From positions 3,951 to 67,950 of the forward strand of contig DATFSZ010000114.1 in NCBI GenBank assembly GCA_035262365.1: a DNA stretch of 64,000 nt, in the 5' to 3' direction. Source of the stretch: Candidatus Binataceae bacterium. Its GTDB lineage: Bacteria > Desulfobacterota > Binatia > Binatales > Binataceae. A model generated the notes under the pieces. That model had not been told where the DNA came from, did no database searches, and worked only from the letters and a program-made list of their open reading frames with translations. The position numbers were made by a program, and so were the translations under genes. Every line of letters begins with the position of its first letter. Positions within the stretch are counted from its first letter, which is position 1. Below, one piece after another: positions 1 through 8,502 of this stretch.

Positions 1-694
1 TTCGGGCACGACGCTCATCGAACAGGTCCTGGCGAGTCATTCCCGCGTTCACGCCGCGGGCGAGCTGACGCTGGCAACTGACTGCTTTGACTCGCTACCC
101 ACCATTTGCGGGATAAGCGGCACTCCCTTGGACTGTATTCCAGGCCTCGACCCGAAGAGCGCAGCAGACGTAGCTGCGCGCTATCTCGCGGGGATTTCCT
201 GCCTGGGCGGGGGAAAGGCTCGCGTCACCGACAAGATGCCGGACAATTACCTTTACGTGGGCTTTCTGCATATCTTGTTTCCCAACGCCCGGATCATCCA
301 CTGCCGACGTGACCTTCGCGACATTGCACTCTCATGTTGGCTCACTGAATTTCGCTCCATCCGCTGGGCGTCAAAGCAAGAACATATCGTGGAGCGCATA
401 AAGGAGTATCTCCGCATAACCGAACATTGGCGGCGAGTCCTGCCGAATCGGATGCTGGAAATCCGATACGAGGAGACGGTCGAAAACCTGCAGCCGGTAG
501 CGCGCCGGATGCTCGAATGGCTGGGCATAGAGTGGGAGGACCAATGCCTCAAGTTCCACGAAAGCCCACGTCCGGTTCGGACCGCGAGCCTGGTTCAAGT
601 CCGCGAACCCGTTTACCAGGGCTCGATTGCTCGCTGGAAGAACTATTATCCATTCATGCAAAGCTTCTTCGACAAGCTGCCGCCTTCCGCTTGA
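1..694 (+). CDS. sulfotransferase family protein, 5' end cut by window edge
   Basis: Frame 2 is open from nt 2 (GTTLIEQVLASHSRVHAAGEL, PAPS-binding-loop type motif) and runs into track ORF 128..694. That ORF carries RRDLRDIALSCW (RDxRD-type 3'-phosphate motif) and a C-terminal ARWKNYY. Confidence 0.7.
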   Translation, partial: SGTTLIEQVLASHSRVHAAGELTLATDCFDSLPTICGISGTPLDCIPGLDPKSAADVAARYLAGISCLGGGKARVTDKMPDNYLYVGFLHILFPNARIIHCRRDLRDIALSCWLTEFRSIRWASKQEHIVERIKEYLRITEHWRRVLPNRMLEIRYEETVENLQPVARRMLEWLGIEWEDQCLKFHESPRPVRTASLVQVREPVYQGSIARWKNYYPFMQSFFDKLPPSA

Positions 695-1258
695 AGTTCC
701 TTGTTGGTTCTCTTGTCGGGTGCGATCAAACTGGCAAGCAAGGCCGGTCGATGGCGAAACACCAACGCTGCGTGCCCCTATTACGCGGCTCACACTGAGG
801 TATACCGGGATACCTTGGGCGACGGTGCCGGGGGGCGGACACCGCATCGTTCTCTCTCAAACCGACCCCGACGCCGAGAGCAGCGACCTTCGTTAAATCA
901 TCCTTGAAAGACTCCTCCGCCAAGGCATCACCCATATGATGGCGGTTTTTTTGCATCGCGCCCGCCCGCCAATGCAGCCGACTAAATCGGCGATGGACTT
1001 AGCTCGATCGCTACCACTTGGCGAAGGTCGGGGCCGTCCCATGTGCGGGAGTAGTCGCCAGTCTCGAGCGTAGTCCGGAGTTCAGAGCTTTGGCTGTTTC
1101 GTTGCCAAGTCTGAGCACACAGGCCGAAAGAAACACGACGCTACAAGCCTTTAAGGTCAAAAGCAGGCTCAAACTTCCGTTTGCAAAGAGCTCGGGGTTT
1201 GTGCGAGTTTGAATCGGCACTCCAAAATGAAGACTTTCTAAGCAAAAAGGAGCTAACC

Positions 1259-2323
1259 ATGGGAATCTGGAACAACAAGAGATTAGCGGTCTTGTCAGCC
1301 ATCCTTCTGATCGGCCTCAGCTGTTCGCGTGCCGCGGCCGCTCCCACCAACGTTACGGCATGTGGCACCTTCGGCGCGGGCTCTTATATCGTGGAAAACA
1401 ATATTTCGGTTGGTACCGTAAACTGCCTGACGTTCAACGCCGGGCCGGCGACGCTCGACCTCAACGGCTTTACCGTGTCAGGGAGTGGCGTCAGCACCAA
1501 CGGTGTCTTGGCGATTAACGTTCCCAACCTGACCGTGCGAAACGGGACCATTAAAGGGTTCTCGAGGAGCATCTATGCGACCGGGACGGGTGTGGTCGTT
1601 GATGGAGTGAGAGCGTTGAGCGGTAATCTCAACGCCATTACGGTGGGCTCTAGCAGCACGATTGAAAACTGCCTGGTCAGCGGCCACTCCGGGGGCGGCG
1701 TTCAAGCCGGCAGCAGTGCGACGGTGGTGAACAACACGCTCACCGGTAACACGGGAGACACGATCGTCGTGGGGGACGCAAGTCTCGTTAAAGGCAATAG
1801 GACGAGCCTCAATACCGGAGGTTCGACCGCCGCGATCCGTATCGGAGCAAACTGCAAGGTCGTGGATAACGTTGTTTCAGGCAATTCCTTCGGAGTAGAT
1901 GCCACGGGGGTTAAAAACCTGATCACCGGCAATACGATCTCGAACTGTGTCGAGGGGATTCAAGCCGGCAATGACACGACGATCACCGGGAATAATGTTA
2001 GCGAGAACACTGACAATGGTATTTCGGCCGGCGTTCAATGCCTAATCAGCGGGAATAATGCCAGTGACAATAGCAATGTCGGCATCACAAGCGATATCAA
2101 CACGCTATTCCTGAACAATGTTGCCTCCAACAATGGTAATTTCGGAATTCATGTGAATTCTGGCGGCTCGGCAATAGCAAACGTCACCGACTTCAACGGC
2201 GCTCCAGGGTTGGAGGTAGGGTGCCCAAGTAAAGTTGACAACAATACTGCTTTAAGCAATGCGGTCGCCAACCTTCAAACGTCCGGCGCCGGATGCCTCT
2301 TATCGAATAACCTTGCGCCGTAA
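1259..2323 (+). CDS. secreted right-handed parallel beta-helix (PbH1/NosD-like) repeat protein
   Basis: Track ORF 1181..2323. I prefer the ATG at 1259, which is preceded by AAGGAG. It has a signal peptide (MGIWNNKRLAVLSAILLIGLSCSRAAAAP). The body is ~20-residue G/N/T/V-rich repeats (GN.I..N..GI type). Confidence 0.7.
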   Translation: MGIWNNKRLAVLSAILLIGLSCSRAAAAPTNVTACGTFGAGSYIVENNISVGTVNCLTFNAGPATLDLNGFTVSGSGVSTNGVLAINVPNLTVRNGTIKGFSRSIYATGTGVVVDGVRALSGNLNAITVGSSSTIENCLVSGHSGGGVQAGSSATVVNNTLTGNTGDTIVVGDASLVKGNRTSLNTGGSTAAIRIGANCKVVDNVVSGNSFGVDATGVKNLITGNTISNCVEGIQAGNDTTITGNNVSENTDNGISAGVQCLISGNNASDNSNVGITSDINTLFLNNVASNNGNFGIHVNSGGSAIANVTDFNGAPGLEVGCPSKVDNNTALSNAVANLQTSGAGCLLSNNLAP

Positions 2324-2662
2324 CTCTTGCAGTTGAAGGGACAAGCCGGGGCCAACAGCCCCGGCGAATCTCCGTTCTTGTGGGTGCGGGAAAGCCTGCT
2401 TGCGCCGGAATAAACTTCGCTTGCTCATCAGTCGCCCGTTAGTATTGTTGACACCGCCGGCGATCAATACGGTTCCATTGAGCAGCCGGGCCGCGGAATG
2501 GAAGATGCGCGTTGTCGAGCTACCTCGTACAGTTTGGCAACTTTGGCCTGGCGGCGCCGACTCGGCGCGTTCGGTGTACGACAAACTTCGCTCCCAACGA
2601 TGGCAAGCCGCCACCGCGCGTATGTGCAAATCCCGCGGATTAGCGCAAATCCCCCGCTGCAA
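2300..2662 (-). pseudogene. possible Kelch-repeat gene remnant (or spurious ORF)
   Basis: The 120-aa ORF contains one and a half Kelch-like units. RAESAPPGQ...TRIFHSAARLLNGTVLIAGGVNNTNGRLMS resembles SAELYDP...R..HTATLL.NG.VLVAGG. It has no convincing start or RBS, and the terminator hairpin of the opposite gene lies inside it. Confidence 0.25.
2345..2365 (+). terminator. candidate intrinsic terminator hairpin after the beta-helix gene
   Basis: GCCGGGGC-caaca-GCCCCGGC is a perfect 8-bp GC stem 22 nt after the stop. It is followed by a partly T-rich stretch (gaatctccgttcttg), not a clean U-tract. Confidence 0.4.
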
Positions 2663-2669
2663 CCACGAG

Positions 2670-5600
2670 TTAGCGGGTTCTCACATCATCCAAAAAGCGG
2701 GCTTCGCTTACAGTTCCTTTAGTATCAGCCATCCCATCCATCGCTTGTTGAGCATGACGCGCGTCAGCGCCGCTTACCGGCTCTCGCCCTTGCGCGCAAT
2801 CCGGCGATAAAGGAGCCGTGTCCCCCGCTCTGGCCAACATGTCCGCCGGACCTGGGCTCATCCCGCAAAAGTTTTTGTTGATGGGCGCTTTGTAACACTC
2901 GGCTGCAAGATCCTTAGCGGCGACACATGGCGGCGAGGTATTCGTGGTCGGGCCGCACGGATCGAGCATCGGGTTCCAGGGGTTGGCATCGGTCGGGAAA
3001 CAGGAGGCTTGCGGAGGCGTCGTATCGTTGGCTGCAAAGTTCTCCGGGAGCGTGAACTGGAATCCGATGCAGCCCGCGGTCGGACAGGTGACGTCCTGGC
3101 CCGCATAGCCGCATGTAAGATCGAGTTCTGCCTGGCTCAGGGGCTGAGCCACTTCCTGCGGGCTTCTGCCCACACACTTCTTGGCCGAGGCGTCCCACCG
3201 GCAAAAGGTCTCGGGTAAACATTCGTTCATGGCGGTCGTTTTAAATTCATCCGTGAAAGGCGCCAGGTCGAGGGTTACGGTCATCAACGGGTCGGTGTAA
3301 ACCGCCTTCAAGGCCGGGGAGCTGCCGGGAACGGTCGTAACCGTCAACTTCGTATCGGGAATCCCCACGCGAATCAGCTCTACGGCCGCCTCGGCTTTCT
3401 TTTTATCGAGGCCCGAACCGAAGTAGAAACTGTAGGTCTGCTTGGTGTCCGGCTTGCCATAGACGAGGAAGACATCGTATTTCTGGTTCTTCTCAAAGAC
3501 ATTTACATTTGGGAAACCGTTCTGGCTCTCTCTTTTAGTTGTCGTATCGATGTAGTACTTGCCATGGTTAAGCGTCAAAGATGAGCGCTGAAAAAAACTT
3601 TCTCCTGCCATTCTGATATTTGGCGGCCATATCGATCGCTCCGGCTTGGGAGGGTTATTCATCTTGTCTTCTGTGCCGGTCAGATATTCCCTATACAGGG
3701 GCACGCCGTAGCACTCGGGTGTGGCGCAGTCTTCGCTCCACGCAGAACCACAGCCCGAGCCGCCCTTTTTTGCACAATCCGGGAACACCACCGATGTCAC
3801 GTAATGGTAGGGGCTGGTTCTGGCCGTGGCGCCTTCCTCAGAGCCCTCATCCGATTTGCATTCGGCCCCCTCGACTGGAGCAGCAAAGAAACCATCCAGG
3901 TTGATCGAGCTGGTTTTTCCGTAACCCGTAAGTGAGCCGTCATCGTCGGTCAGGAAGGTTTGGCGGTCTATATCGGTGAAGTTGTTGAACATCGTAGATT
4001 GCTGAGTGCAGTAACGTACCTTTGCCTTGTCTGCATCGGTGCGGTACGTCCCGGCTGTAAATAGCGGTTCGATGACGTAATGACGGATGTCGACCTTGTC
4101 GAAGAAGAGGTTGTTTGAATGGAAGGTAGGTGGATAGTAAAAGCCATTGGACTGCTTCCACGCAATCGCCGCGTTAGGAATGTAACACTGCTTGGTCTTG
4201 CTGTCCCTGGGGATCCCGTTGAAGGATTTGTAGATTGACTTGTCTGCATTGTCTCCCAGTGTGACCTGCTTGATGTCGAGATAAGCATTGGAGTCCTGAT
4301 TGGCGGGGCCATCGTAGATGTTGAACAGGCGCTCGCTGTTGGCAAAGGCAGTAAACTTTCCCAGGACGAATCCGTCGTCCCTGGACATACAGTAGAGGCC
4401 GTTGTCTGAGTTATCGCATTTGAGCCCGAGCGCGTCCGTATTGAACGGACTGAGGACGGATGCATAGGCATAGTCCTTGGTTTGCGGCTGGGTTTCGCCC
4501 GCGAAAACGCTCTTCAGCGCGAGCTCCCACAGCCCCGGGAGGCTCGAGGAGGCGGTATAGTCACCGCCCGATACGAAGCTCAGGCCCGCATTCTGCACGT
4601 CGGAAATGAAGCTGTTGCTGAACAGATACCAGCGCGCGCGCAGCCATACCGCGGCGAAATTGTACTCGGAATAATTGAAGCTGGTGGTATAGCCGTTGAT
4701 TACGCTCACCATGCAGTTGGTTTCGTTTTCATTGGTGCAAAGCTTGGGTTCACACAGTCCCGTCGGGTTGGCGCATTTGGTAGCTTGATGTGCGTTTCCC
4801 GGGTCGATGTCCGGGTAATAGTCATTTTTGCAGACCTGCCACTTGGGGTCCACCACGCATTTTTCGCCGTCCAGGGAAAGCTCGCCACACTTCCCTTTAT
4901 CTTTTCCTGTACCGTCGCAATAGAATTGAGCATCCGGAGCGTAGTCGTTCTTGACAGGTTGCACGATCGGGCCGACTCCGGGACAGCTCTGCGTATAGCC
5001 CACGCTCTGAAATGAAGTCATCGCCGAAGTGCAGAAATTGCCGTCAAAGGTCTTCAGCGGCGAGATGCCGGCATGACTGAAATCAGCCCTCGGGTCCGTA
5101 GATCTCTGCTCGGAAGCGTAGGACTCCCACTGCTGCTTGCGCGAGCCGCTGCTGATATTCGCCGGGACTTCCCAGAAACAGACTCCGCACAAGCCGGCGC
5201 CGGCCGCCATGTTGCCTACGAAGTCGTTCCAGCCGTTGGTGATCCAAAAAACCGCCGGCGTATCCGTGTCACTATTGTATATGACATTCTGGTTTGCTTC
5301 TCTATTAACATAGGGCTTCGGCGACGTGAGGATGCCGGGCACTTTGCGCGGGTTCTGCGGGTTATCGACCGCGGCGCGGGCGAAAATTCCAATGTTTGCG
5401 TCCAGCTTGTTGTTGGCCTCGGTCGCATCTTCCAGATAGTAGCCGTGGCCGATCGAGAGATAGCCCACGTTGCGGGCCAGCGTAACACCGTCGGTCGCGT
5501 GGATGGTGTAGAATCGCGTCATCGATTCACTGACCGAAGAGTCTTTGACAAAAGTGTCCGCGGGGACTTGCCGCGCCATGTGGAAATGGACCGGGTAGTG

Positions 5601-6968
5601 CCCCAGCCGTCCGCCCTGTCCCAGCTGATGGAATTCAACCCCCTGCATCTGGAAGACTTTGAATCCCTGCCGGGCAACCGTATGACCGCCGAAATAGTAG
5701 CCTGTTTTCGCGTCTGGGAAGGGCGTCATGGCTTTGTCGCCTTCGGACACGATGCGAATACTGCGAGTCAGCAACGCTACCGCCGCGCGCGTTTCGGCTG
5801 AGGTCCGATTCAACTTCAGGCGTGAGATGCCCTTGTGGTCCGCTTCGGCCAGGGAATATTTAGCGCCGTTGTGGGTCCACCGAACGCCTTTGGAGGCGCA
5901 GGCGCCGGCCTCGGAGCAGGCGGTGTGGAAGGTAATATTGTCGCCGTCAAACGTATCGATGACCAGTTCTTCAGAGTGGTTGGCCAGATAGTCGGTAGTC
6001 GTGACGACGATATGATCGTTCTTTTCCCAGTCGATGGGAACCGTGCTATCGACCTTGAGTTTGGTGGCCCCGGGCAGGATCGTCCCGTCGAGCCTGCCCC
6101 AACTCCGGCCAGGATCGTTTTCTTTAAGCCTCCGGAGAGTGACCGCGCCTTTCTTGCCAAATAACTGCAGCGTGCCGCCGAAGGAAACCGCCAGCACCTT
6201 GTAACCGAAGTAGCCCGCATTTTTCTTCTGATCGGTTCCGTTGTCGGAAGGCAGCGGAGAATACTGATAGAAGTAGTCCGTGACGCCATTTCCGAGAGGC
6301 ACCTTTGCATTGCCGTTCGAGCTCCAGATGTTGTCGGGAATACCGCAGGTCTTGGGATCCGATTTGCAGACGATTCCCAGCCCGCCTGCTCCCTGGTCTT
6401 TGCCGTAAAGATAAATCGTCAGTTTTCCGCCTTCTCTGCCGATAGGCGCGTCGTCGTTGGCGCTCCCGGCAATCAGGCTCCCCCCGTTCTCCACGAGGAT
6501 TGACTGGGCGTGAAAATTGATCTGTGCATCTTCGAATCTTAGCGTTCCGCCGATGTTGGACTGGGGTTTGGTGTAGATGTTGACGTTACGGTACCAATAC
6601 GTGCCGCCGCCCACCTGGCCGGTGACCTGGCAGTCTCCGGTGACCTCCAGGTCCTCGCCGGCGCCGGGCTTCAAAAATCGGTCGCCTTTGTCCGGGCAAG
6701 TTACTATTGGTACTTCCGGTTCTTCCCGGACCACCGCGGCGGGTTGCGTGTTCATGCCTACTTCCGGTTCATTGCGGAGGGGCAAGCCGGGTTGCTCCAC
6801 GCCCTCGCTGGCGCCCGCCGCTGCATCAGAGCAGATCGGAAAGACCGGCTCCTGCGCCAGTTTACTTCCCCGAAAGAATAGACCATGCAACGCGGGGATT
6901 AGGAATATCGCCATCACCGAGGCGATGAACAGCTTGGTGCGCCTGAGCCTTTGTTTGCTGCCTGCCAT
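2670..6968 (-). CDS. large secreted G8-domain / beta-helix protein (CEMIP-TMEM2-fibrocystin type) with Cys-rich C-terminal half
   Basis: Uninterrupted 1432-aa ORF with an N-terminal hydrophobic anchor/signal (KLFIASVMAIFLIPALHG). The G8-like Gly-rich block reads GGTLRFEDAQINFHAQSILVENGGSLIAGS...LAVSFGGTLQLFGKKG. It is followed by LTRSIRIV and GVEFHQLGQGGRLGHYPVHFHM, which I recognise from G8/PbH1 proteins. Confidence 0.65.
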   Translation of the reverse strand: MAGSKQRLRRTKLFIASVMAIFLIPALHGLFFRGSKLAQEPVFPICSDAAAGASEGVEQPGLPLRNEPEVGMNTQPAAVVREEPEVPIVTCPDKGDRFLKPGAGEDLEVTGDCQVTGQVGGGTYWYRNVNIYTKPQSNIGGTLRFEDAQINFHAQSILVENGGSLIAGSANDDAPIGREGGKLTIYLYGKDQGAGGLGIVCKSDPKTCGIPDNIWSSNGNAKVPLGNGVTDYFYQYSPLPSDNGTDQKKNAGYFGYKVLAVSFGGTLQLFGKKGAVTLRRLKENDPGRSWGRLDGTILPGATKLKVDSTVPIDWEKNDHIVVTTTDYLANHSEELVIDTFDGDNITFHTACSEAGACASKGVRWTHNGAKYSLAEADHKGISRLKLNRTSAETRAAVALLTRSIRIVSEGDKAMTPFPDAKTGYYFGGHTVARQGFKVFQMQGVEFHQLGQGGRLGHYPVHFHMARQVPADTFVKDSSVSESMTRFYTIHATDGVTLARNVGYLSIGHGYYLEDATEANNKLDANIGIFARAAVDNPQNPRKVPGILTSPKPYVNREANQNVIYNSDTDTPAVFWITNGWNDFVGNMAAGAGLCGVCFWEVPANISSGSRKQQWESYASEQRSTDPRADFSHAGISPLKTFDGNFCTSAMTSFQSVGYTQSCPGVGPIVQPVKNDYAPDAQFYCDGTGKDKGKCGELSLDGEKCVVDPKWQVCKNDYYPDIDPGNAHQATKCANPTGLCEPKLCTNENETNCMVSVINGYTTSFNYSEYNFAAVWLRARWYLFSNSFISDVQNAGLSFVSGGDYTASSSLPGLWELALKSVFAGETQPQTKDYAYASVLSPFNTDALGLKCDNSDNGLYCMSRDDGFVLGKFTAFANSERLFNIYDGPANQDSNAYLDIKQVTLGDNADKSIYKSFNGIPRDSKTKQCYIPNAAIAWKQSNGFYYPPTFHSNNLFFDKVDIRHYVIEPLFTAGTYRTDADKAKVRYCTQQSTMFNNFTDIDRQTFLTDDDGSLTGYGKTSSINLDGFFAAPVEGAECKSDEGSEEGATARTSPYHYVTSVVFPDCAKKGGSGCGSAWSEDCATPECYGVPLYREYLTGTEDKMNNPPKPERSIWPPNIRMAGESFFQRSSLTLNHGKYYIDTTTKRESQNGFPNVNVFEKNQKYDVFLVYGKPDTKQTYSFYFGSGLDKKKAEAAVELIRVGIPDTKLTVTTVPGSSPALKAVYTDPLMTVTLDLAPFTDEFKTTAMNECLPETFCRWDASAKKCVGRSPQEVAQPLSQAELDLTCGYAGQDVTCPTAGCIGFQFTLPENFAANDTTPPQASCFPTDANPWNPMLDPCGPTTNTSPPCVAAKDLAAECYKAPINKNFCGMSPGPADMLARAGDTAPLSPDCAQGREPVSGADARHAQQAMDGMADTKGTVSEARFLDDVRTR

Positions 6969-7322
6969 TTTCGGTTCTCCCCTGGTCCGACCTCAAAAAC
7001 GTTTCAGCGACCATCAATGGCTCGTGGTGGTGTTTTGGTAAGCAAACGCCAGTGCCCGCCAATGCCGCTATTTTCGGCGGGGTCAGCGCCCGGCCTGAGG
7101 TTGCCCCTGTTACAGGAGCACCCTGATATATCTCGCGTTTGAAAAATGACCAGGGCCCCGGCGAGCCGCTCCCGCCTTGCCTTCGTTAGGTTGGGGGGAG
7201 GGCGGGGTTTGGCGTCGCGTGCCAGCTCGGAGGTGGGCGGGAACTACGATGCCGGATCGGTCACACTTCAACATGATCGTCAGCGCAACCCTTCTCTTGG
7301 GTACTCTCCCAAAGGAAGAAAA

Positions 7323-7358
7323 GCAAGGATCGCAAGGCGAAAGCAAGGATTGCAAAGT
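7323..7358. repeat. four phased GCAA(G/A)G hexamers, possible regulator-binding array
   Basis: The sequence is aaGCAAGGatcGCAAGGcgaaaGCAAGGattGCAAAG. Hexamer starts are at 7323, 7332, 7343 and 7353, so spacing is 9-11 nt. The array lies ~355-390 bp upstream of the G8 gene start. Confidence 0.3.
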
Positions 7359-7489
7359 CGCCCGTGTAGAAATATTTGCTCCGTTAAAAATGACTTGGAC
7401 GGGCGACGGAATAGCATCAACCCTTTCCATTTGGCACTCGCACGAATCCTGAAAATCTGGCTGTAGCGCTTGCTGTGGCGCAGGCCCGA

Positions 7490-7680
7490 CTTACGCGAGC
7501 AGAACGCGCTCGCCCGGAGGATGAGCGAAAGGCCTGGGGAACTATGCACAACCATCAGCCTCGCGCGGCTGCTCGACCGCACCGGCCGCCGCGACGAAGC
7601 CTGCCGGATGCTCGCGGGATCTACGGCTGGTTCACCGTAGCGGGCTGACACTGCGCGATGCCCGCAGTGCAGCACGACCC
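7490..7680 (+). pseudogene. decayed C-terminal fragment of a TPR/ATPase-type regulator
   Basis: One frame reads ISLARLLDRTGRRDEACRMLAG, a shifted frame reads IYGWFT, and a third reads LTLRDARSAA. Together they resemble the conserved C-terminus (SLARL...G...EA..LLA.IY.WFTEGFDT.DL..A..LL) of large ATPase/TPR regulators. There is no upstream coding body. Confidence 0.3.
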
Positions 7681-7976
7681 CGCCGGTGGAAACCCCTGCG
7701 CCACGCCTACCGCAAACGCCGGGGAGTTCCGATCAAGGGTGAGTCCGGAGAGCTTGATGGATCACGCGGAGGGTGCGTTTGCCGAACTCGACGATGCCCC
7801 AATAGAGCCAAAGACCGGATAGCCGGTCAGCTCTCGGGATCGAACGGATTCACCCACAGGCGGTGCTTCACGTCCAGCGACCCCCTACCGGCGATGCTGT
7901 GGAACATGCTGGTTCAAAACCGGGCCAAAGCCACGCCGAATGGGTCGTTTGGTCTCAAAGCATCTTGAGATCGAGA

Positions 7977-8164
7977 ATCAAAACGAAAATCGCGGTTAAA
8001 ACGAATCAGATTGTTTCCAAAGCTTTACATTTAGTCAAGTCCTGTTAAAATTGTGAAATCCGGGTACTAAAACCGTCTTAAAATTGAGGGATCAAAAGGC
8101 AAATTTGCGCTCGAACGAATCAGATTGTTTTGAATCTTTACAATTCGTCCAATTGTGTCAAACC
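7977..8164. repeat. two imperfect ~75-bp AT-rich direct repeats (7977-8051 and 8091-8164)
   Basis: Both units start atcaaaa.g.aaat.tgcg.t..AACGAATCAGATTGTTT, with the 17-nt core identical. Both continue ..CTTTACA-N16-hexamer. The period is 114 bp, in an AT-rich island upstream of the cytochrome genes. Confidence 0.6.
8024..8051 (+). promoter_or_regulatory. sigma70-like promoter inside repeat unit 1
   Basis: TTTACA (8024-8029), a 16-nt spacer, then TAAAAT (8046-8051). The same position in unit 2 reads TTTACA-N16-CAAACC, which has a poor -10. Confidence 0.3.
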
Positions 8165-8245
8165 TCCGCCGCACAAAGGTTGGGCGCGCGATGGGAAAAT
8201 CAGGCCGAGATAGTGGCGTCTGCTGCCTCGCTGTTCTGAGTAAGA

Positions 8246-8455
8246 ATGAAAATACAACTGTTCATCGTTCTGGCGATTGTGGCCTGTGGTTTGTGGTCCT
8301 GCGGCGGCCGTAGCGGCGGCAACACGGTCAATCCGGCTTTTACGGGTGCCTGCGCGCAATTGCCGGCGGCTTCGGCGCCTGACTTTAATAAACGCCTTAC
8401 TGATTTCGTAGAGCAGAGTTGTTACACAAAGCGGCTGGGGCTTTTCCAGGTTTAA
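8246..8455 (+). pseudogene. truncated paralogue of the N-terminus of the downstream cytochrome (or a small lipoprotein)
   Basis: The 69-aa ORF is MKIQLFIVLAIVACGLWSCGGRSGGNT...GACAQLPAASAPDFNKRLTDFVEQSCYTK. It parallels MKKLFVIFLLIVAGGSWSCSGDSGGNT...GACATLPSPSAPGFTARFNQFVIQLCYQK of the next gene. It stops right after the shared block. Confidence 0.4.
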
Positions 8456-8502
8456 TGTGTCACTCCGTTGGGTCGCGTCTACTAACTCGAATGGTGAATA
8501 GG

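Noticed and set aside
726-956. 76-aa minus-strand ORF in the spacer after the sulfotransferase. It begins at an A7 run and reads MQKNRHHMGDALAEESFKDDLTKV...
   Set aside because: It has no RBS, no recognisable family and an Arg/Pro-rich second half. I kept it unannotated.
7431-7450. Sigma-54 -24-like TGGCAC elements here and at about 19886.
   Set aside because: No TTGC(A/T) -12 element lies at the required 5-nt spacing in either case.
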